64,000 bases of DNA from Bacillota bacterium (lineage in GTDB: Bacteria > Bacillota > Dethiobacteria > DTU022), in assembly GCA_030611385.1 (NCBI GenBank), contig JAUWPV010000004.1, positions 31,295 through 95,294 of the forward strand, given 5' to 3'. Shown here in pieces: positions 26,933 through 36,973 of the stretch (positions are counted from its first letter, which is position 1; every line of letters starts with the position of its first letter). Made by a program: the position numbers and the translations under genes. The notes beneath the pieces are model-generated. The model was not told the origin of the DNA, made no database searches, and saw only the letters and a program-made list of their open reading frames with translations.

Positions 26933-28326
26933 AAAACCCATGGCAGGGCCGTTTTTTCAAAGACATTGACGAGGCTGTGTTGAATTTTACGGCATCACTG
27001 TCCTTTGACCGACGCCTGGGGCTCTGTGATATAAGAGGCAGTATTGCCCACGTTGAGATGTTGGCAGCCCGGCAGATCATTACTACTGCCGAGTTGACTC
27101 GGCTTATCGGGGGGCTGGAAGAAGTCAGAACAGAAATTATTGAGAACCGGTTCCCATACGATATCCGGTATGAGGATATCCACATGAATATTGAAAAAAG
27201 GCTTACCGATAAACTCGGTCCGCTTGGTGGAAAGCTGCACACAGCGCGCAGCCGTAACGACCAGGTAGCTTTAGATATGCATCTTTATGTTAAGGAAGAG
27301 ATCGGGAACATCGACTCTCATTTGCATCAACTGCAGGAAACAATGATTGCCCTGGCCGAAGAATACTCAGATGTGCTTATCCCCGGTTACACTCACCTGC
27401 AGAGGGCGCAGCCGGTTTTATTGGCCCATCACCTGTTGACTTACTTCTGGATGTTGCAACGTGATCGGGATCGCCTCGCCGGATCCTTACAGCGCGCTGA
27501 CCTGATGCCCCTGGGTGCGGGGGCTATTGCCGGAACCGGGTTTGCTGTTGATCGTGAACTGGTGGCTAATAAACTGGGGTTTGGTCAGCTTTATGAAAAC
27601 AGCATTGATGCTGTCAGTGACCGTGATTATATTATTGAATTCTTATCTTTTGCCGCTATCCTGATGATGCACTTGAGCCGCTTGGGTGAAGAGCTGGTTC
27701 TCTGGTCATCGACTGAGTTCGGTTTTATCGAGATCGATGATGCCTATACAACCGGCAGCAGCATGATGCCACAAAAAAAGAATCCTGATGTGGCCGAGCT
27801 AATCCGGGGTAAAACCGGCCGTGTCTATGGCAGTCTTTTCTCAATGTTGACGATAATGAAAGGTTTGCCTCTCGCTTACAATAAGGATATGCAGGAAGAT
27901 AAGGAAGGGCTTTTTGACACGATCGATACTTTGAAGGCTTCGCTTCCGCTTCTGGCCCAAATGCTGCAGAAAATCAGCGTTAACAGGTCCCGCCTGGCGG
28001 ATGCTGTTGACGATGACAACCTCTGTGCGACCGACCTGGCTGACTACCTGGTCCGACATGGTTCAACCTTCAGGGATTCTCATCATATTATCGGCAAAAT
28101 GATCGCTTACTGTTTGCGGGAAGGTTTGCGTCTGCGCGAGCTTGACTCCGATTGTCGGCGGCGTTTTCACCCCGACCTGGCAGCAGATGTATCAACACTG
28201 CTTGATCCGGGTAAAGTGGTCGCAGCCCGTAGTAGTCGCGGCGGCACAGCTCCCGCGGCGGTAAAAGAACAGCTGAAGCTGGCTAAACAGTTATTGGCCA
28301 ATAAAAAGCGGAACCCATTATATTAA
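26929..28326 (+). CDS. argH: Argininosuccinate lyase (apparent CTG start overlapping the argG stop)
   Basis: The conserved N-terminus (K)[25 protein letters not shown] is encoded upstream of the tracked GTG at 26977. The only start-like codon after the in-frame TAG (26926-26928) is CTG at 26929, 8 nt after GGGAGGTG. The fumarate-lyase signature [12 protein letters not shown] is present. Confidence 0.85.
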   Translation: MKNPWQGRFFKDIDEAVLNFTASLSFDRRLGLCDIRGSIAHVEMLAARQIITTAELTRLIGGLEEVRTEIIENRFPYDIRYEDIHMNIEKRLTDKLGPLGGKLHTARSRNDQVALDMHLYVKEEIGNIDSHLHQLQETMIALAEEYSDVLIPGYTHLQRAQPVLLAHHLLTYFWMLQRDRDRLAGSLQRADLMPLGAGAIAGTGFAVDRELVANKLGFGQLYENSIDAVSDRDYIIEFLSFAAILMMHLSRLGEELVLWSSTEFGFIEIDDAYTTGSSMMPQKKNPDVAELIRGKTGRVYGSLFSMLTIMKGLPLAYNKDMQEDKEGLFDTIDTLKASLPLLAQMLQKISVNRSRLADAVDDDNLCATDLADYLVRHGSTFRDSHHIIGKMIAYCLREGLRLRELDSDCRRRFHPDLAADVSTLLDPGKVVAARSSRGGTAPAAVKEQLKLAKQLLANKKRNPLY

Positions 28327-28802
28327 AAAACTCTAACAACAAACCAGGTGATCATTGCCGCTTCCAGGACAAGTTTAATTGGTAAAGCGCTCCAAAAGCC
28401 AAGGGATGCACCGATACCTGCTTTAATTGCTTGATCGGTGCTGCGTCCGAAAATAAGATCGGCCAGTGCTGCACCCAGAAAGGGGCCGATCAGCAAGCCG
28501 ATTGGGAAAAAGAAAAGTCCAATCAGTAAGCCGCCCGCAGCTCCCCAGGGGGCTGCTTTTGATCCGCCAAAATAGCGGCTGCCCATGGCAGTAAAAAGAT
28601 AATCAACCCCCATGATGGCCAAGACCAGTAAGGCCTGGATCAAAAAGAAAGAGAATCCGAGATTTCCAAAGCCGGCTATTAAACCATAAACGAGCATACC
28701 GAACCATATTAACGGAGCGCCCGGTAAAAGCGGCAGCAGTGTTCCGGCCAGTCCGACAAAAAAGAACAACGCGGCAACTACAAGAGCAATTATTTGAGTC
28801 AT
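28323..28802 (-). CDS. DUF456 family membrane protein
   Basis: The N-terminus reads MTQIIALVVAALFFFVGLAGTLLPLLPGAPLIW. GGGAGG precedes ATG 28802. Confidence 0.75.
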   Translation of the reverse strand: MTQIIALVVAALFFFVGLAGTLLPLLPGAPLIWFGMLVYGLIAGFGNLGFSFFLIQALLVLAIMGVDYLFTAMGSRYFGGSKAAPWGAAGGLLIGLFFFPIGLLIGPFLGAALADLIFGRSTDQAIKAGIGASLGFWSALPIKLVLEAAMITWFVVRVF

Positions 28803-29044
28803 CTTCAGACCTCCCGCTATTTTTGGGATTTTATAAGTCAATTAACATCATAACATACAGCGGTGGGAATGAGGACAGGGTGTTTGAGCGCTATATTTAT
28901 CTGGTGTAAAAGAAGGAATAACAGACTACGGGTAGAATAAATACAGTTGATTTCGAACAGTGCGAAATTGGTGAAAGGGGGCAAAAAATAAAAGTATTAT
29001 GAAATAATGAAAGCTTTTTAACTGAACAAGGAGGTGATAAACGG

Positions 29045-29350
29045 ATGAAAGATTATAAACTGGAGGTATGGATTACGGCAATATGTTTCATGGTTGTCGC
29101 AGTAACCGGCGGGTTTTTCAGTTCTATTGTCGTTCTTTTGAATGAAAGATTTTTTGATGCGGTACCGACACCAGAAGCACTAATTCCTTATTACGGAGAG
29201 GGCATGTATGTATTTAAGCAGCAGCTTTCCATTATGGGTTTTCCGCTCCATTACTTTTTATTGATTATGCTCAGTTGGATTGGCGTAACGATTATCGGAG
29301 CGATCTGGTGTGTGGTTATGGACAGGATTGAAGCTAGACAAAAAGGTTAA
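29045..29350 (+). CDS. DUF4212-type small membrane subunit of a sodium:solute symporter
   Basis: The protein is 101 aa with two transmembrane helices. It lies immediately upstream of a symporter gene, which is the usual DUF4212 arrangement. Confidence 0.7.
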   Translation: MKDYKLEVWITAICFMVVAVTGGFFSSIVVLLNERFFDAVPTPEALIPYYGEGMYVFKQQLSIMGFPLHYFLLIMLSWIGVTIIGAIWCVVMDRIEARQKG

Positions 29351-29380
29351 TTTTTAATTGAAAGGAGGGATTACTTATTC

Positions 29381-31039
29381 ATGGAACCAAGAGGTGAAGT
29401 TTTTGTATTAGGTTTAATTCTCAGTATGGTTGTCCTTGTTGTTTCTATATTAATAAGTGTTTGGGCCCGCCGTTTTACCCGGAACCTGGGCGATTATTAT
29501 GTAGCCGGTCGCAGTATCGGCGCTGTTAATAACGGGTTAGCAATGGTGTCTTTGGCCCTCAGTTTGACTACATTTCTCGGTTTAACCGCCCTGATTCTAG
29601 AGGGTGTTTATATTGCCGTAGCTGTTTACGCTTCTTTTACTGCTGCTTTTATCGGTCTGATGATTTTAGCCGCACCTTATCTGAGGCGTCATAAGTCATT
29701 TACGACTATGGCTTTTATTTCGGAGCGGTACGGCAGTAAAACACTGCGCTATATCTCTGTTGTTGTGATGTTGATTGTCAGTGTGCTCTACCTTGCCGGG
29801 AACCTTAAAGGTATCGGGATAGTTTTCTTTTACCTGCTCGGTGTACCTGAAGTAGTGGGTATCATTGTCGGAGGCCTGGTAGTTACACTTTACGTGACCG
29901 TGGGTGGTATGTATGGCGTTACCTATAACCAGACATTTCAGACCATTGTCCTGCTCTTCTGCCTGATGTTCCCGGTGGCCATTGTCTTAAAAACTCTGGG
30001 GGCTGCTGGTTGGTATTTCCCACCCCTGGGCTATGGAGATATGGTACCCCTGATGTCTCAGATCGTGCCTCACTATTTTTGGCCGATGCTGGTGCATCCT
30101 GTAACCTATATTGCCATCTTCCTCGGCTCATTCTTCGGCATTATCGGCCTGCCGCACTTCGTGATGCGTTTCTTCACCGTGCGTGATGCCAGGGAAGCCC
30201 GCTGGAGCACTGTTCTTTGCGTATTCCTGGTTGGTCTGGTTAACACCACTGTTTTTGCGACCGGTTTTGCCGCGGTCTATTACATGAATACTCAGGGTGT
30301 CGATATTCCGACCGCAGGCTACGACTATATGGTCTTTATTCTCGTTGATGCCCTGGCCGGGCAGGGCTGGCTGGCTCTGGCCGTTGCCGGTTCGGTGGCC
30401 GCCGGTCTATCCACTGTGGCTGGCCTTTTGATGATCATGGGTGTTGGATTAATTCACGACCTGTATGGGGCGATCAAACCAGATGTCGATGATGAGAAGA
30501 AACTGAAACTTTCATACGCGACAATGTTTATTGTCGGCATTTTGGTTATTATCTTCTCACTTAACCCGCCCGAGTTTATTCTCAAGGCGATTATGTGGGC
30601 CTTTGGTATCGCCGCAGCCGGACTCGGTGTGCCGATTGTGCTCGGTATCTGGTGGAAGCGTACCAACAAATACGGCGCTGGTGCCGGGATGGTTGTTGGT
30701 ACTTTAATCGCTTTTCTTGGCTGGATTATGATCGACTACATGGGTATAAACCCGGTTGATATTCCCTTCCCCTTCTTTGCCAAGTATTTTTACGGGCCTT
30801 TAGGGTTTATCAAGGTTACTGCAGTTGCTGTGCCGATATCCTTTATTCTGACCATTGTGGTATCCTGGCTGACACCGCCACCTGGTCCGGAACTGCAGCG
30901 TCAGGTTGACGAGATGCACGGATGGACTGATGTAGATCCCAAGCGCTATAACAGCAAGGGATTGCCGATCACAATTATTATTCTGTCCGTATTTGTGATG
31001 TGGTTTATGACAACTCTCTACGACGTCTTTCCCAAGTAA
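29381..31039 (+). CDS. Sodium:solute symporter family (SSF) permease
   Basis: The protein is 552 aa with 13 or more transmembrane helices. The N-terminal region reads YYVAGRSIGAVNNGLAM. Confidence 0.85.
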   Translation: MEPRGEVFVLGLILSMVVLVVSILISVWARRFTRNLGDYYVAGRSIGAVNNGLAMVSLALSLTTFLGLTALILEGVYIAVAVYASFTAAFIGLMILAAPYLRRHKSFTTMAFISERYGSKTLRYISVVVMLIVSVLYLAGNLKGIGIVFFYLLGVPEVVGIIVGGLVVTLYVTVGGMYGVTYNQTFQTIVLLFCLMFPVAIVLKTLGAAGWYFPPLGYGDMVPLMSQIVPHYFWPMLVHPVTYIAIFLGSFFGIIGLPHFVMRFFTVRDAREARWSTVLCVFLVGLVNTTVFATGFAAVYYMNTQGVDIPTAGYDYMVFILVDALAGQGWLALAVAGSVAAGLSTVAGLLMIMGVGLIHDLYGAIKPDVDDEKKLKLSYATMFIVGILVIIFSLNPPEFILKAIMWAFGIAAAGLGVPIVLGIWWKRTNKYGAGAGMVVGTLIAFLGWIMIDYMGINPVDIPFPFFAKYFYGPLGFIKVTAVAVPISFILTIVVSWLTPPPGPELQRQVDEMHGWTDVDPKRYNSKGLPITIIILSVFVMWFMTTLYDVFPK

Positions 31040-31120
31040 TTCCTGAGGTCGGAAGGGCTGCTCTATTATTGAGGAGCCTCCTTCCGACCTTGATTATTAT
31101 CCACAGGAGGTGATGGCTTT

Positions 31121-32578
31121 ATGGAGAATTGGGAAAAATTATGTAAGATGCCCTATAAAGAGATAAAAGATATGCAGAACCGTAAACTGCGGGCCTTTAT
31201 CGCCAACCAGATCTATCTTTACAGCCCCCATTATAGTGCGCTACTGAAAGAACATAAGATAGACCCCTTTAAAATCAAAGGCATAGACGATTTGCGTCAT
31301 CTTCCCTTTACTTATAAGTGGGATATTGCTCCTACTGACGAGAATCCGCAGAAAACCAAGGATTTTGTGATTCGGCCTGATGAAGAGGTTACAGAGAAAT
31401 ACGGTCATCTGGCCAAAATGTCGATGACCGGTGGTAAGGCTATGGTAGAGGAGCGGGTTTATGATTTTAAGCCGGTCCATATGCATTTTACAACTGGTCG
31501 GACGGCTTTGCCGACCCCGTTTGTCTATTCGAAACGCGACCTGGAAAATTTACGTGAATCGGGCGCTCGCCTGCTTGATGTTTTCAAGGTAACCAGTGAA
31601 GATATTGTGGTGAACTGCTTTCCCTTCGCCCCACACCTTGCTTTCTGGCAGACTTTTTTTGCCGGAGAAAAAGCTAATGTAGCTGGATTCCACAGCGGGG
31701 GTGGTAAGATTGTTGGTACCAATAACCTGATGGATGCTTTCGAATATGTACGCCCAACGGTGGCGGTTTTTATCCCCGGTTACTGCTATTACTTTCTGCG
31801 CGAAGCAGTAAAACAGGGCCGTGACTTTTCATCGGTTCAGAAGATATTCTTCGGCGGCGAGCGTGTACCGCCGGGCTTGAAGGATAAGATTAAAGAACTA
31901 TTTGCCCAGCTTGGCGCGCAGGATGTAATGGTGCTGGCCACCTACGGTATGACTGAGGCCAAAGTGGCCTGGGCCGAGTGCCCGTCTCATGACGAATACT
32001 ACGGTTACCACCTTTACCCCGATATGGAGGTTTTTGAGACGGTTGATCCGGAAAGCGGCGAGCCGGTCGGGGAAGGCGAAGAGGGCGAAATAGTCTATTC
32101 AGCACTTGATTGGCGGGGCACTGCCGTGCTGCGCTACCGCACTGGTGATATTGCCAAGGGTGGGCTGCTCTATGAACCCTGCCCCAACTGCGGGCGGACA
32201 ATGCCGCGAATCAGCTCCAATATTCAGCGTAAGTCGGAAGTGAAGGAGTTCAATATGACCAAGGTCAAAGGAACCCTGGTTAACCTGAATAACTTCTTCC
32301 CCCTAATGATGAGCCATCCCGATATTGAAGAGTGGCAGGTTGAGATGCGCAAGCGCAATGACGATCCCTTTGATCTCGACGAGATCTACCTTTACCTGGC
32401 TACCGAGGGTGAAGTTAATCGTGACAAGCTGGTTGCCGAGTTGAAGCAAAAAGTGCTTAGAGATACTGAAGTATCACTGACCGATGTTATCTTTAAATCT
32501 GTGCCTGAACTGATCACTCAGCTTGGCATGGAAACAGAATTAAAGGAAAAAAGAATTGTCGACAACAGGCCCAGTTAG
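31121..32578 (+). CDS. Phenylacetate-CoA ligase (PaaK)/F390-synthetase-like adenylate-forming enzyme, paralog 1
   Basis: The layout is ANL-superfamily-like. Motifs HFTTGRTALPTP, ATYGMTEAK and RYRTGDI are present, followed by EPCPNCGRTMPRI. Confidence 0.7.
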   Translation: MENWEKLCKMPYKEIKDMQNRKLRAFIANQIYLYSPHYSALLKEHKIDPFKIKGIDDLRHLPFTYKWDIAPTDENPQKTKDFVIRPDEEVTEKYGHLAKMSMTGGKAMVEERVYDFKPVHMHFTTGRTALPTPFVYSKRDLENLRESGARLLDVFKVTSEDIVVNCFPFAPHLAFWQTFFAGEKANVAGFHSGGGKIVGTNNLMDAFEYVRPTVAVFIPGYCYYFLREAVKQGRDFSSVQKIFFGGERVPPGLKDKIKELFAQLGAQDVMVLATYGMTEAKVAWAECPSHDEYYGYHLYPDMEVFETVDPESGEPVGEGEEGEIVYSALDWRGTAVLRYRTGDIAKGGLLYEPCPNCGRTMPRISSNIQRKSEVKEFNMTKVKGTLVNLNNFFPLMMSHPDIEEWQVEMRKRNDDPFDLDEIYLYLATEGEVNRDKLVAELKQKVLRDTEVSLTDVIFKSVPELITQLGMETELKEKRIVDNRPS

Positions 32579-32611
32579 TTTAGAATAACGAAAGGTGAAA
32601 GGAGGCAAAGC

Positions 32612-34036
32612 ATGCAGGCGTGGAATAAAATCAGACGAATGCCGGCAGCAGAAATTAGAAAAATGCAAGATGATCTCGTGTATAAAATGGTTAATGAAGA
32701 ATTGGCTGTCCGGCATCCCTATTACCGGGCTTTATTTAAAGAAGCAAATATTAACCCTGCTGAAATTAAGGGTGTTAGTGATTTAAGCAAACTGCCCTTT
32801 ACGGAAAAGAAAGATCTGCTTCCTCCGGAAGGCGAACCGCTTCATCCGAAGAAGTTTGTTTTAGAGACTCCTGAAGAAAGTGAAGATAAGGGTAAAAAGA
32901 AAGGTTTTGCCTTATTCGGAAAGAAAGAGGCAGAAACGGAGTGTTCTGACTACCGCTTCCAGGCACTATATTTTACAGCCGGCAGAACTGAGAAGCCTAT
33001 TCCGGTGGAGTACACCCATTATGACCTCGATAACGTCAGGGAAGCCGGTTTAAGAACTTTTGATATCCTTGGTTTGACCCGTGATGATACGCTGATCAAC
33101 GCTTTTACTTTTGCTCCGAATGTCTATTTCTGGCAGATGTTCTACAGCACTATCGGTATTGGCAGCACCGCGCTACAAACCGGCGGAGGTAAAGTTCTGG
33201 GGATGGAAAAGATTCTCAAAGCGCTCGACAGTATGGAAGCTCCGGTACTGGTTGCAGCGCCAGGTTATGTCAGGTTTGCGCTGCAAACACTCGATCATTT
33301 CGGTTTCAGTGCGGCGAACCTCGAGCGCGTAGTAATTGGCATCGATTATGCCCCGATGGAGGCAGTAGAAAAGCTCAGGAAACTGATGAAATCAGTAGGC
33401 GCAAAAAATGATCTGGTGCAGCGTATTTATTTTATCTCAGAAGCAAAATCGGGTTGGGCTGAATGTGAACCCGATTTTGGATATCACACTAACCCGGATC
33501 ACATCCTGGTCGAAATTGTCGATCCGGAAAGTGGGGTTCTTCTTGGCGAAGGTGAAAAAGGTGAAGTGGTTATTACTCATCTTGATACCCGCGGCACTGT
33601 TTTGATGCGCTATAAAACCGGCGATATAGCCACTGGTGGCCTGACCACTGAGCCCTGCCCCAACTGTAAGCGGACTGTTCCACGAATTATGGGCGACATT
33701 GAAAGGAAATCTCTGGTTTATGATCTTAAGGGCAGGGATGGAGCCTTCCAGTTTAATGGTAATCACTTGCGCAAAAAGATGTTTACCAGGGAAGATGTTT
33801 TGCTCTGGTATGTTGAACTTAATCGCAGTGGTTCGGAAGATAATTTAAAGATAGTGGTTAAAGGAACTTCGGGAGCAGACGAAGCGGTGTTGCTAAAAAC
33901 ACTGGAGCAGGAGCTGCAGGCAGAATATAAGGTTCCCGTTACAGTTGAAAGCAGTACTCTTGATGCTGTCGCTGATAAGATCGGTATGGAAAAACAGATA
34001 ACCGAGCAAACCATTTTTGACAATCGAAACAGTTAA
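32612..34036 (+). CDS. PaaK/F390-synthetase-like adenylate-forming enzyme, paralog 2 (divergent)
   Basis: Motifs YFTAGRTEKPIP, RYKTGDI and EPCPNCKRTVPRI are present. The YGMTE position reads YFISEAK. Confidence 0.65.
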   Translation: MQAWNKIRRMPAAEIRKMQDDLVYKMVNEELAVRHPYYRALFKEANINPAEIKGVSDLSKLPFTEKKDLLPPEGEPLHPKKFVLETPEESEDKGKKKGFALFGKKEAETECSDYRFQALYFTAGRTEKPIPVEYTHYDLDNVREAGLRTFDILGLTRDDTLINAFTFAPNVYFWQMFYSTIGIGSTALQTGGGKVLGMEKILKALDSMEAPVLVAAPGYVRFALQTLDHFGFSAANLERVVIGIDYAPMEAVEKLRKLMKSVGAKNDLVQRIYFISEAKSGWAECEPDFGYHTNPDHILVEIVDPESGVLLGEGEKGEVVITHLDTRGTVLMRYKTGDIATGGLTTEPCPNCKRTVPRIMGDIERKSLVYDLKGRDGAFQFNGNHLRKKMFTREDVLLWYVELNRSGSEDNLKIVVKGTSGADEAVLLKTLEQELQAEYKVPVTVESSTLDAVADKIGMEKQITEQTIFDNRNS

Positions 34037-34049
34037 TCTTCGCAAAAAA

Positions 34050-34086
34050 GGCAAAAGCCCCCGCGCAAACGGGGGCTTTTGCCTTT
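34050..34086. terminator. Strong terminator hairpin
   Basis: The stem is 14 bp, GGCAAAAGCCCCCG / CGGGGGCTTTTGCC. It is flanked by an A-run and a T-run. Confidence 0.8.
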
Positions 34087-34216
34087 AAAAAGCTTGCTGT
34101 CATGGCGCATAAAGCGAAGCAGAGCTTTTCAATAACTCCTGCTAATGTTATAATTATATAAGGAAGTACTTGCATAATTTTGTTTTATTATTGAAAGCTA
34201 TGATCGAGAGGCAGGT

Positions 34217-35332
34217 GTGAAGTTGAATAATCTACCGGAACCGGTAAACTTGGATACAATTGCCGGCAACTTGGCTGATGCTGTATTTTTAGTTGACCGG
34301 GAAATGAACATTGTCTGGTTGAACAAGAAAGCCGAAGAATTTTTTCATACCAGCTTTGGTGCAGCACTAGATATAAAAATAACGGAGCTGACTGCGATCA
34401 AAAAGCTGGAGAGCCTGCTTGAAGATGTTTTTGAAAGGGAAGAAGCTTTAAAATGCTCATACGAAGAGGCTGCAGTAAAGGTAAAGCGGCTCGACCAGCG
34501 CTACTTTTTTAAGATTGCCATCAATCCGATCTTCCACCAGGACAAGCTCTGGGGGGCTCTGATTCAACTTACTGATGTAACCCGTTTTCATGAAATGGAG
34601 AAAATCAAGACAGATTTTGTATCCATTGTATCGCACGAGTTTCGCACACCACTAACGACGATCATTGTCGGCGTGGAGATGCTAAAGGAAGGAATGCTCG
34701 GTGATCTTACACCACGGGGCAAAGAAGTTCTCGAAGCAATCGGGGCAGACTGCGAGAGATTGAACAGACTCATAGACAATTTGATGGAGCTTTCCCGTAT
34801 CGAATCCGGAACTATTTATGTCGAGGCCGAATCAACCGATGTGGCCAACCTGGTGAAGGAAGCTGTCCGTCCGCTGAAAATTCAGGCAGATAAACAAGGT
34901 ATTGAATTGATTACCGATCTGCCTCCGGAACTGCCTCCGATCGCAGCTGATTTTAATAAATCGGTTTGGGTGATCGCTAACCTGGTCGGTAATGCTATGC
35001 GCTATACAGAAAAGGGTGGTACGATCATAGTTCGGGTCAGGCAGCGTGGCAAACGTCTATTCTTTTCTGTTGAGGATACCGGTTGCGGTATACCAAAAGA
35101 ACATCATGAAAAGATTTTCCATAAATATATTCAGGTCAGTGGCGCTGGCCGTAAGGATACCGGTGGTGTCGGCCTGGGTCTGGCTATCGCCAAGGACATT
35201 GTTATGGCCCATGGCGGCGAAATATGGGTTGACAGCGAAGTAGGCAAAGGGACCGTATTTATATTTACTCTCCCGGTCTACCAGGGAAACGAATCTGTAA
35301 CACTTCCGGATACTGTTGAAAAAGGAGGTTAG
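34217..35332 (+). CDS. PAS-domain sensor histidine kinase (cytoplasmic)
   Basis: The H-box reads SHEFRTPLT. N, G1 and G2 boxes are present (NLVGNAMRYT, DTGCGI, GGVGLGLAI). No transmembrane helix is seen. Confidence 0.85.
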   Translation: MKLNNLPEPVNLDTIAGNLADAVFLVDREMNIVWLNKKAEEFFHTSFGAALDIKITELTAIKKLESLLEDVFEREEALKCSYEEAAVKVKRLDQRYFFKIAINPIFHQDKLWGALIQLTDVTRFHEMEKIKTDFVSIVSHEFRTPLTTIIVGVEMLKEGMLGDLTPRGKEVLEAIGADCERLNRLIDNLMELSRIESGTIYVEAESTDVANLVKEAVRPLKIQADKQGIELITDLPPELPPIAADFNKSVWVIANLVGNAMRYTEKGGTIIVRVRQRGKRLFFSVEDTGCGIPKEHHEKIFHKYIQVSGAGRKDTGGVGLGLAIAKDIVMAHGGEIWVDSEVGKGTVFIFTLPVYQGNESVTLPDTVEKGG

Positions 35333-35335
35333 GCT

Positions 35336-35704
35336 ATGGGTAAAAAGGTTCTACTGGTTGAAGACGAGAAAAATATTATACTCGGAGTGCGTACCTGTCT
35401 TGATGCCGTCGGTTACAAGGTTGAGATTGCTGAAGACGGCGAAGAAGCGCTTAAGGCCGTACGCAGAGAGCACCCGGATTTAATTTTACTTGACTTATTG
35501 CTTCCTAAAGTAGATGGTTTTGAAGTGCTAAAAGTGTTGAAAGGTGATGCTGCCACCAGCAGTATCCCGATTATAGTTCTCACGGCTAAAGCAGAAGAGG
35601 AAGACCGTCAGAGAGCGCTAGACCTCGGCGCCGATAGTTATATGACCAAACCTTTTAAACCCCAGAAATTATGGGATAACCTGAAACATTATCTTGCCGA
35701 TTAA
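35336..35704 (+). CDS. Single-domain response regulator (CheY-like receiver)
   Basis: The sequence reads KKVLLVEDE...DLILLDLLLPKVDG...LTAK...KPF. No output domain is present. Confidence 0.9.
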   Translation: MGKKVLLVEDEKNIILGVRTCLDAVGYKVEIAEDGEEALKAVRREHPDLILLDLLLPKVDGFEVLKVLKGDAATSSIPIIVLTAKAEEEDRQRALDLGADSYMTKPFKPQKLWDNLKHYLAD

Positions 35705-35826
35705 TAAAGTTATATTACCAGATAGCATAATATGTTTTCTTAAGGGCACAGTGAGCTGTGCCCTTAAGCGAATTGGTAACGGCCTGCATTTTCATGATGC
35801 AAACCCCTGAATAGAGGAGATCATTA

Positions 35827-36969
35827 TTGACTGTTAACAGTTTGAATATTGAGCAGGGGCCAATCCGTCCACCCAGCGAAGCGAACAGTTTACTGCTGCG
35901 TCTAACACGCAATTGTCCCTGGAACCGCTGTCTTTTTTGCCCGGTTTACAAGGCTGAAAAATATAGTCGGCGTAGTCTTGACGATATCAGGAACGACATC
36001 GAGTCGATTGCTGGTGCAGTCGATAAAATAAAAGAGATCTCCCAGGCAAAGGGTTTTGGCGGCGTGATTAACCGGCAGGCTGCAGCGCTGGTTCAATCTG
36101 AATACCCTGAGCTCTTCCCGGTGGCTTTCTGGCAGTTTCATGGTGGAAAAACAGCATTCCTCCAGGATGGTGACAGCCTTCATTTACCAGTATCCCAATT
36201 GGTGGAAGTACTGGGTCTGTTAAAAGAAAAATTACCCTCTATTCAAAGGATTACAACCTATGCCCGTTCCCGCACCTTACTGCGCTGGACTGTCGAAGAA
36301 CTCGTCCTGCTTAGAAAAACAGGTTTAAACCGTATTCATGTCGGACTGGAAAGCGGCAATGACCAGGTCCTTGAATTTATGCAGAAAGGAGTAACTGGGG
36401 TTCAACATGTTGAGGCCGGACAAAAAGTAAAAGCAGCCGGGATTTCTTTAAGTGAATATGTGATTCTGGGCCTGGGTGGAACAAAACTATGGCGTGAACA
36501 CGCTCTTGATACAGCAAAAATATTGAATGAGATCAATCCTGACTTTATCCGTGTGCGGACCCTTGCTGTGCCTCCGGAAACTCCTCTATTCAAGAAAGTA
36601 CAGCAGGGTGAGTTTAAGCTGCTGCACGATGATGATGTCGTCAGAGAAGAAGCTCTTTTCGTAGAGCACCTTGAGGGAATCGAAAGTGTTTTTTACAGTG
36701 ATCATATTCTGAACCTTTTAGAAGAGGTATACGGCAATCTGCCGGAAGATAAGCCGGTTATGCAGAAGACGATTAACAGCTACCTTTTGTTAACAGCTTC
36801 AGATCGGGAACGGTTCCGACTTGGCAGGAGAACCGGTTATTACAGAAATCTGGCCGATAGGCATGATGAATCGCTTGAACTAGCGGTGGAACGAATCTAT
36901 CAGCAGCTGCAAATTGAGGGAATTACAGTTGACGATTATATCTTGCAATTAATGCGCAGATTTATATAA
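35827..36969 (+). CDS. Radical SAM superfamily protein, unknown function
   Basis: The sequence GPIRPPSEANSLLLRLTRNCPWNRCLFCPVY carries a Cys triad spaced CX4CX2C. The start codon is TTG. Confidence 0.65.
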   Translation: MTVNSLNIEQGPIRPPSEANSLLLRLTRNCPWNRCLFCPVYKAEKYSRRSLDDIRNDIESIAGAVDKIKEISQAKGFGGVINRQAAALVQSEYPELFPVAFWQFHGGKTAFLQDGDSLHLPVSQLVEVLGLLKEKLPSIQRITTYARSRTLLRWTVEELVLLRKTGLNRIHVGLESGNDQVLEFMQKGVTGVQHVEAGQKVKAAGISLSEYVILGLGGTKLWREHALDTAKILNEINPDFIRVRTLAVPPETPLFKKVQQGEFKLLHDDDVVREEALFVEHLEGIESVFYSDHILNLLEEVYGNLPEDKPVMQKTINSYLLLTASDRERFRLGRRTGYYRNLADRHDESLELAVERIYQQLQIEGITVDDYILQLMRRFI

Positions 36970-36973
36970 AAAG

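Noticed and set aside
28969-28983. A sigma-54-like TGG...GC element (TGGTGAAAGGGGGCA) upstream of the DUF4212/SSF genes.
   Set aside because: The GG-to-GC spacing is one nucleotide short of the -24/-12 consensus, and the flanking bases do not match TGGCAC/TTGC.
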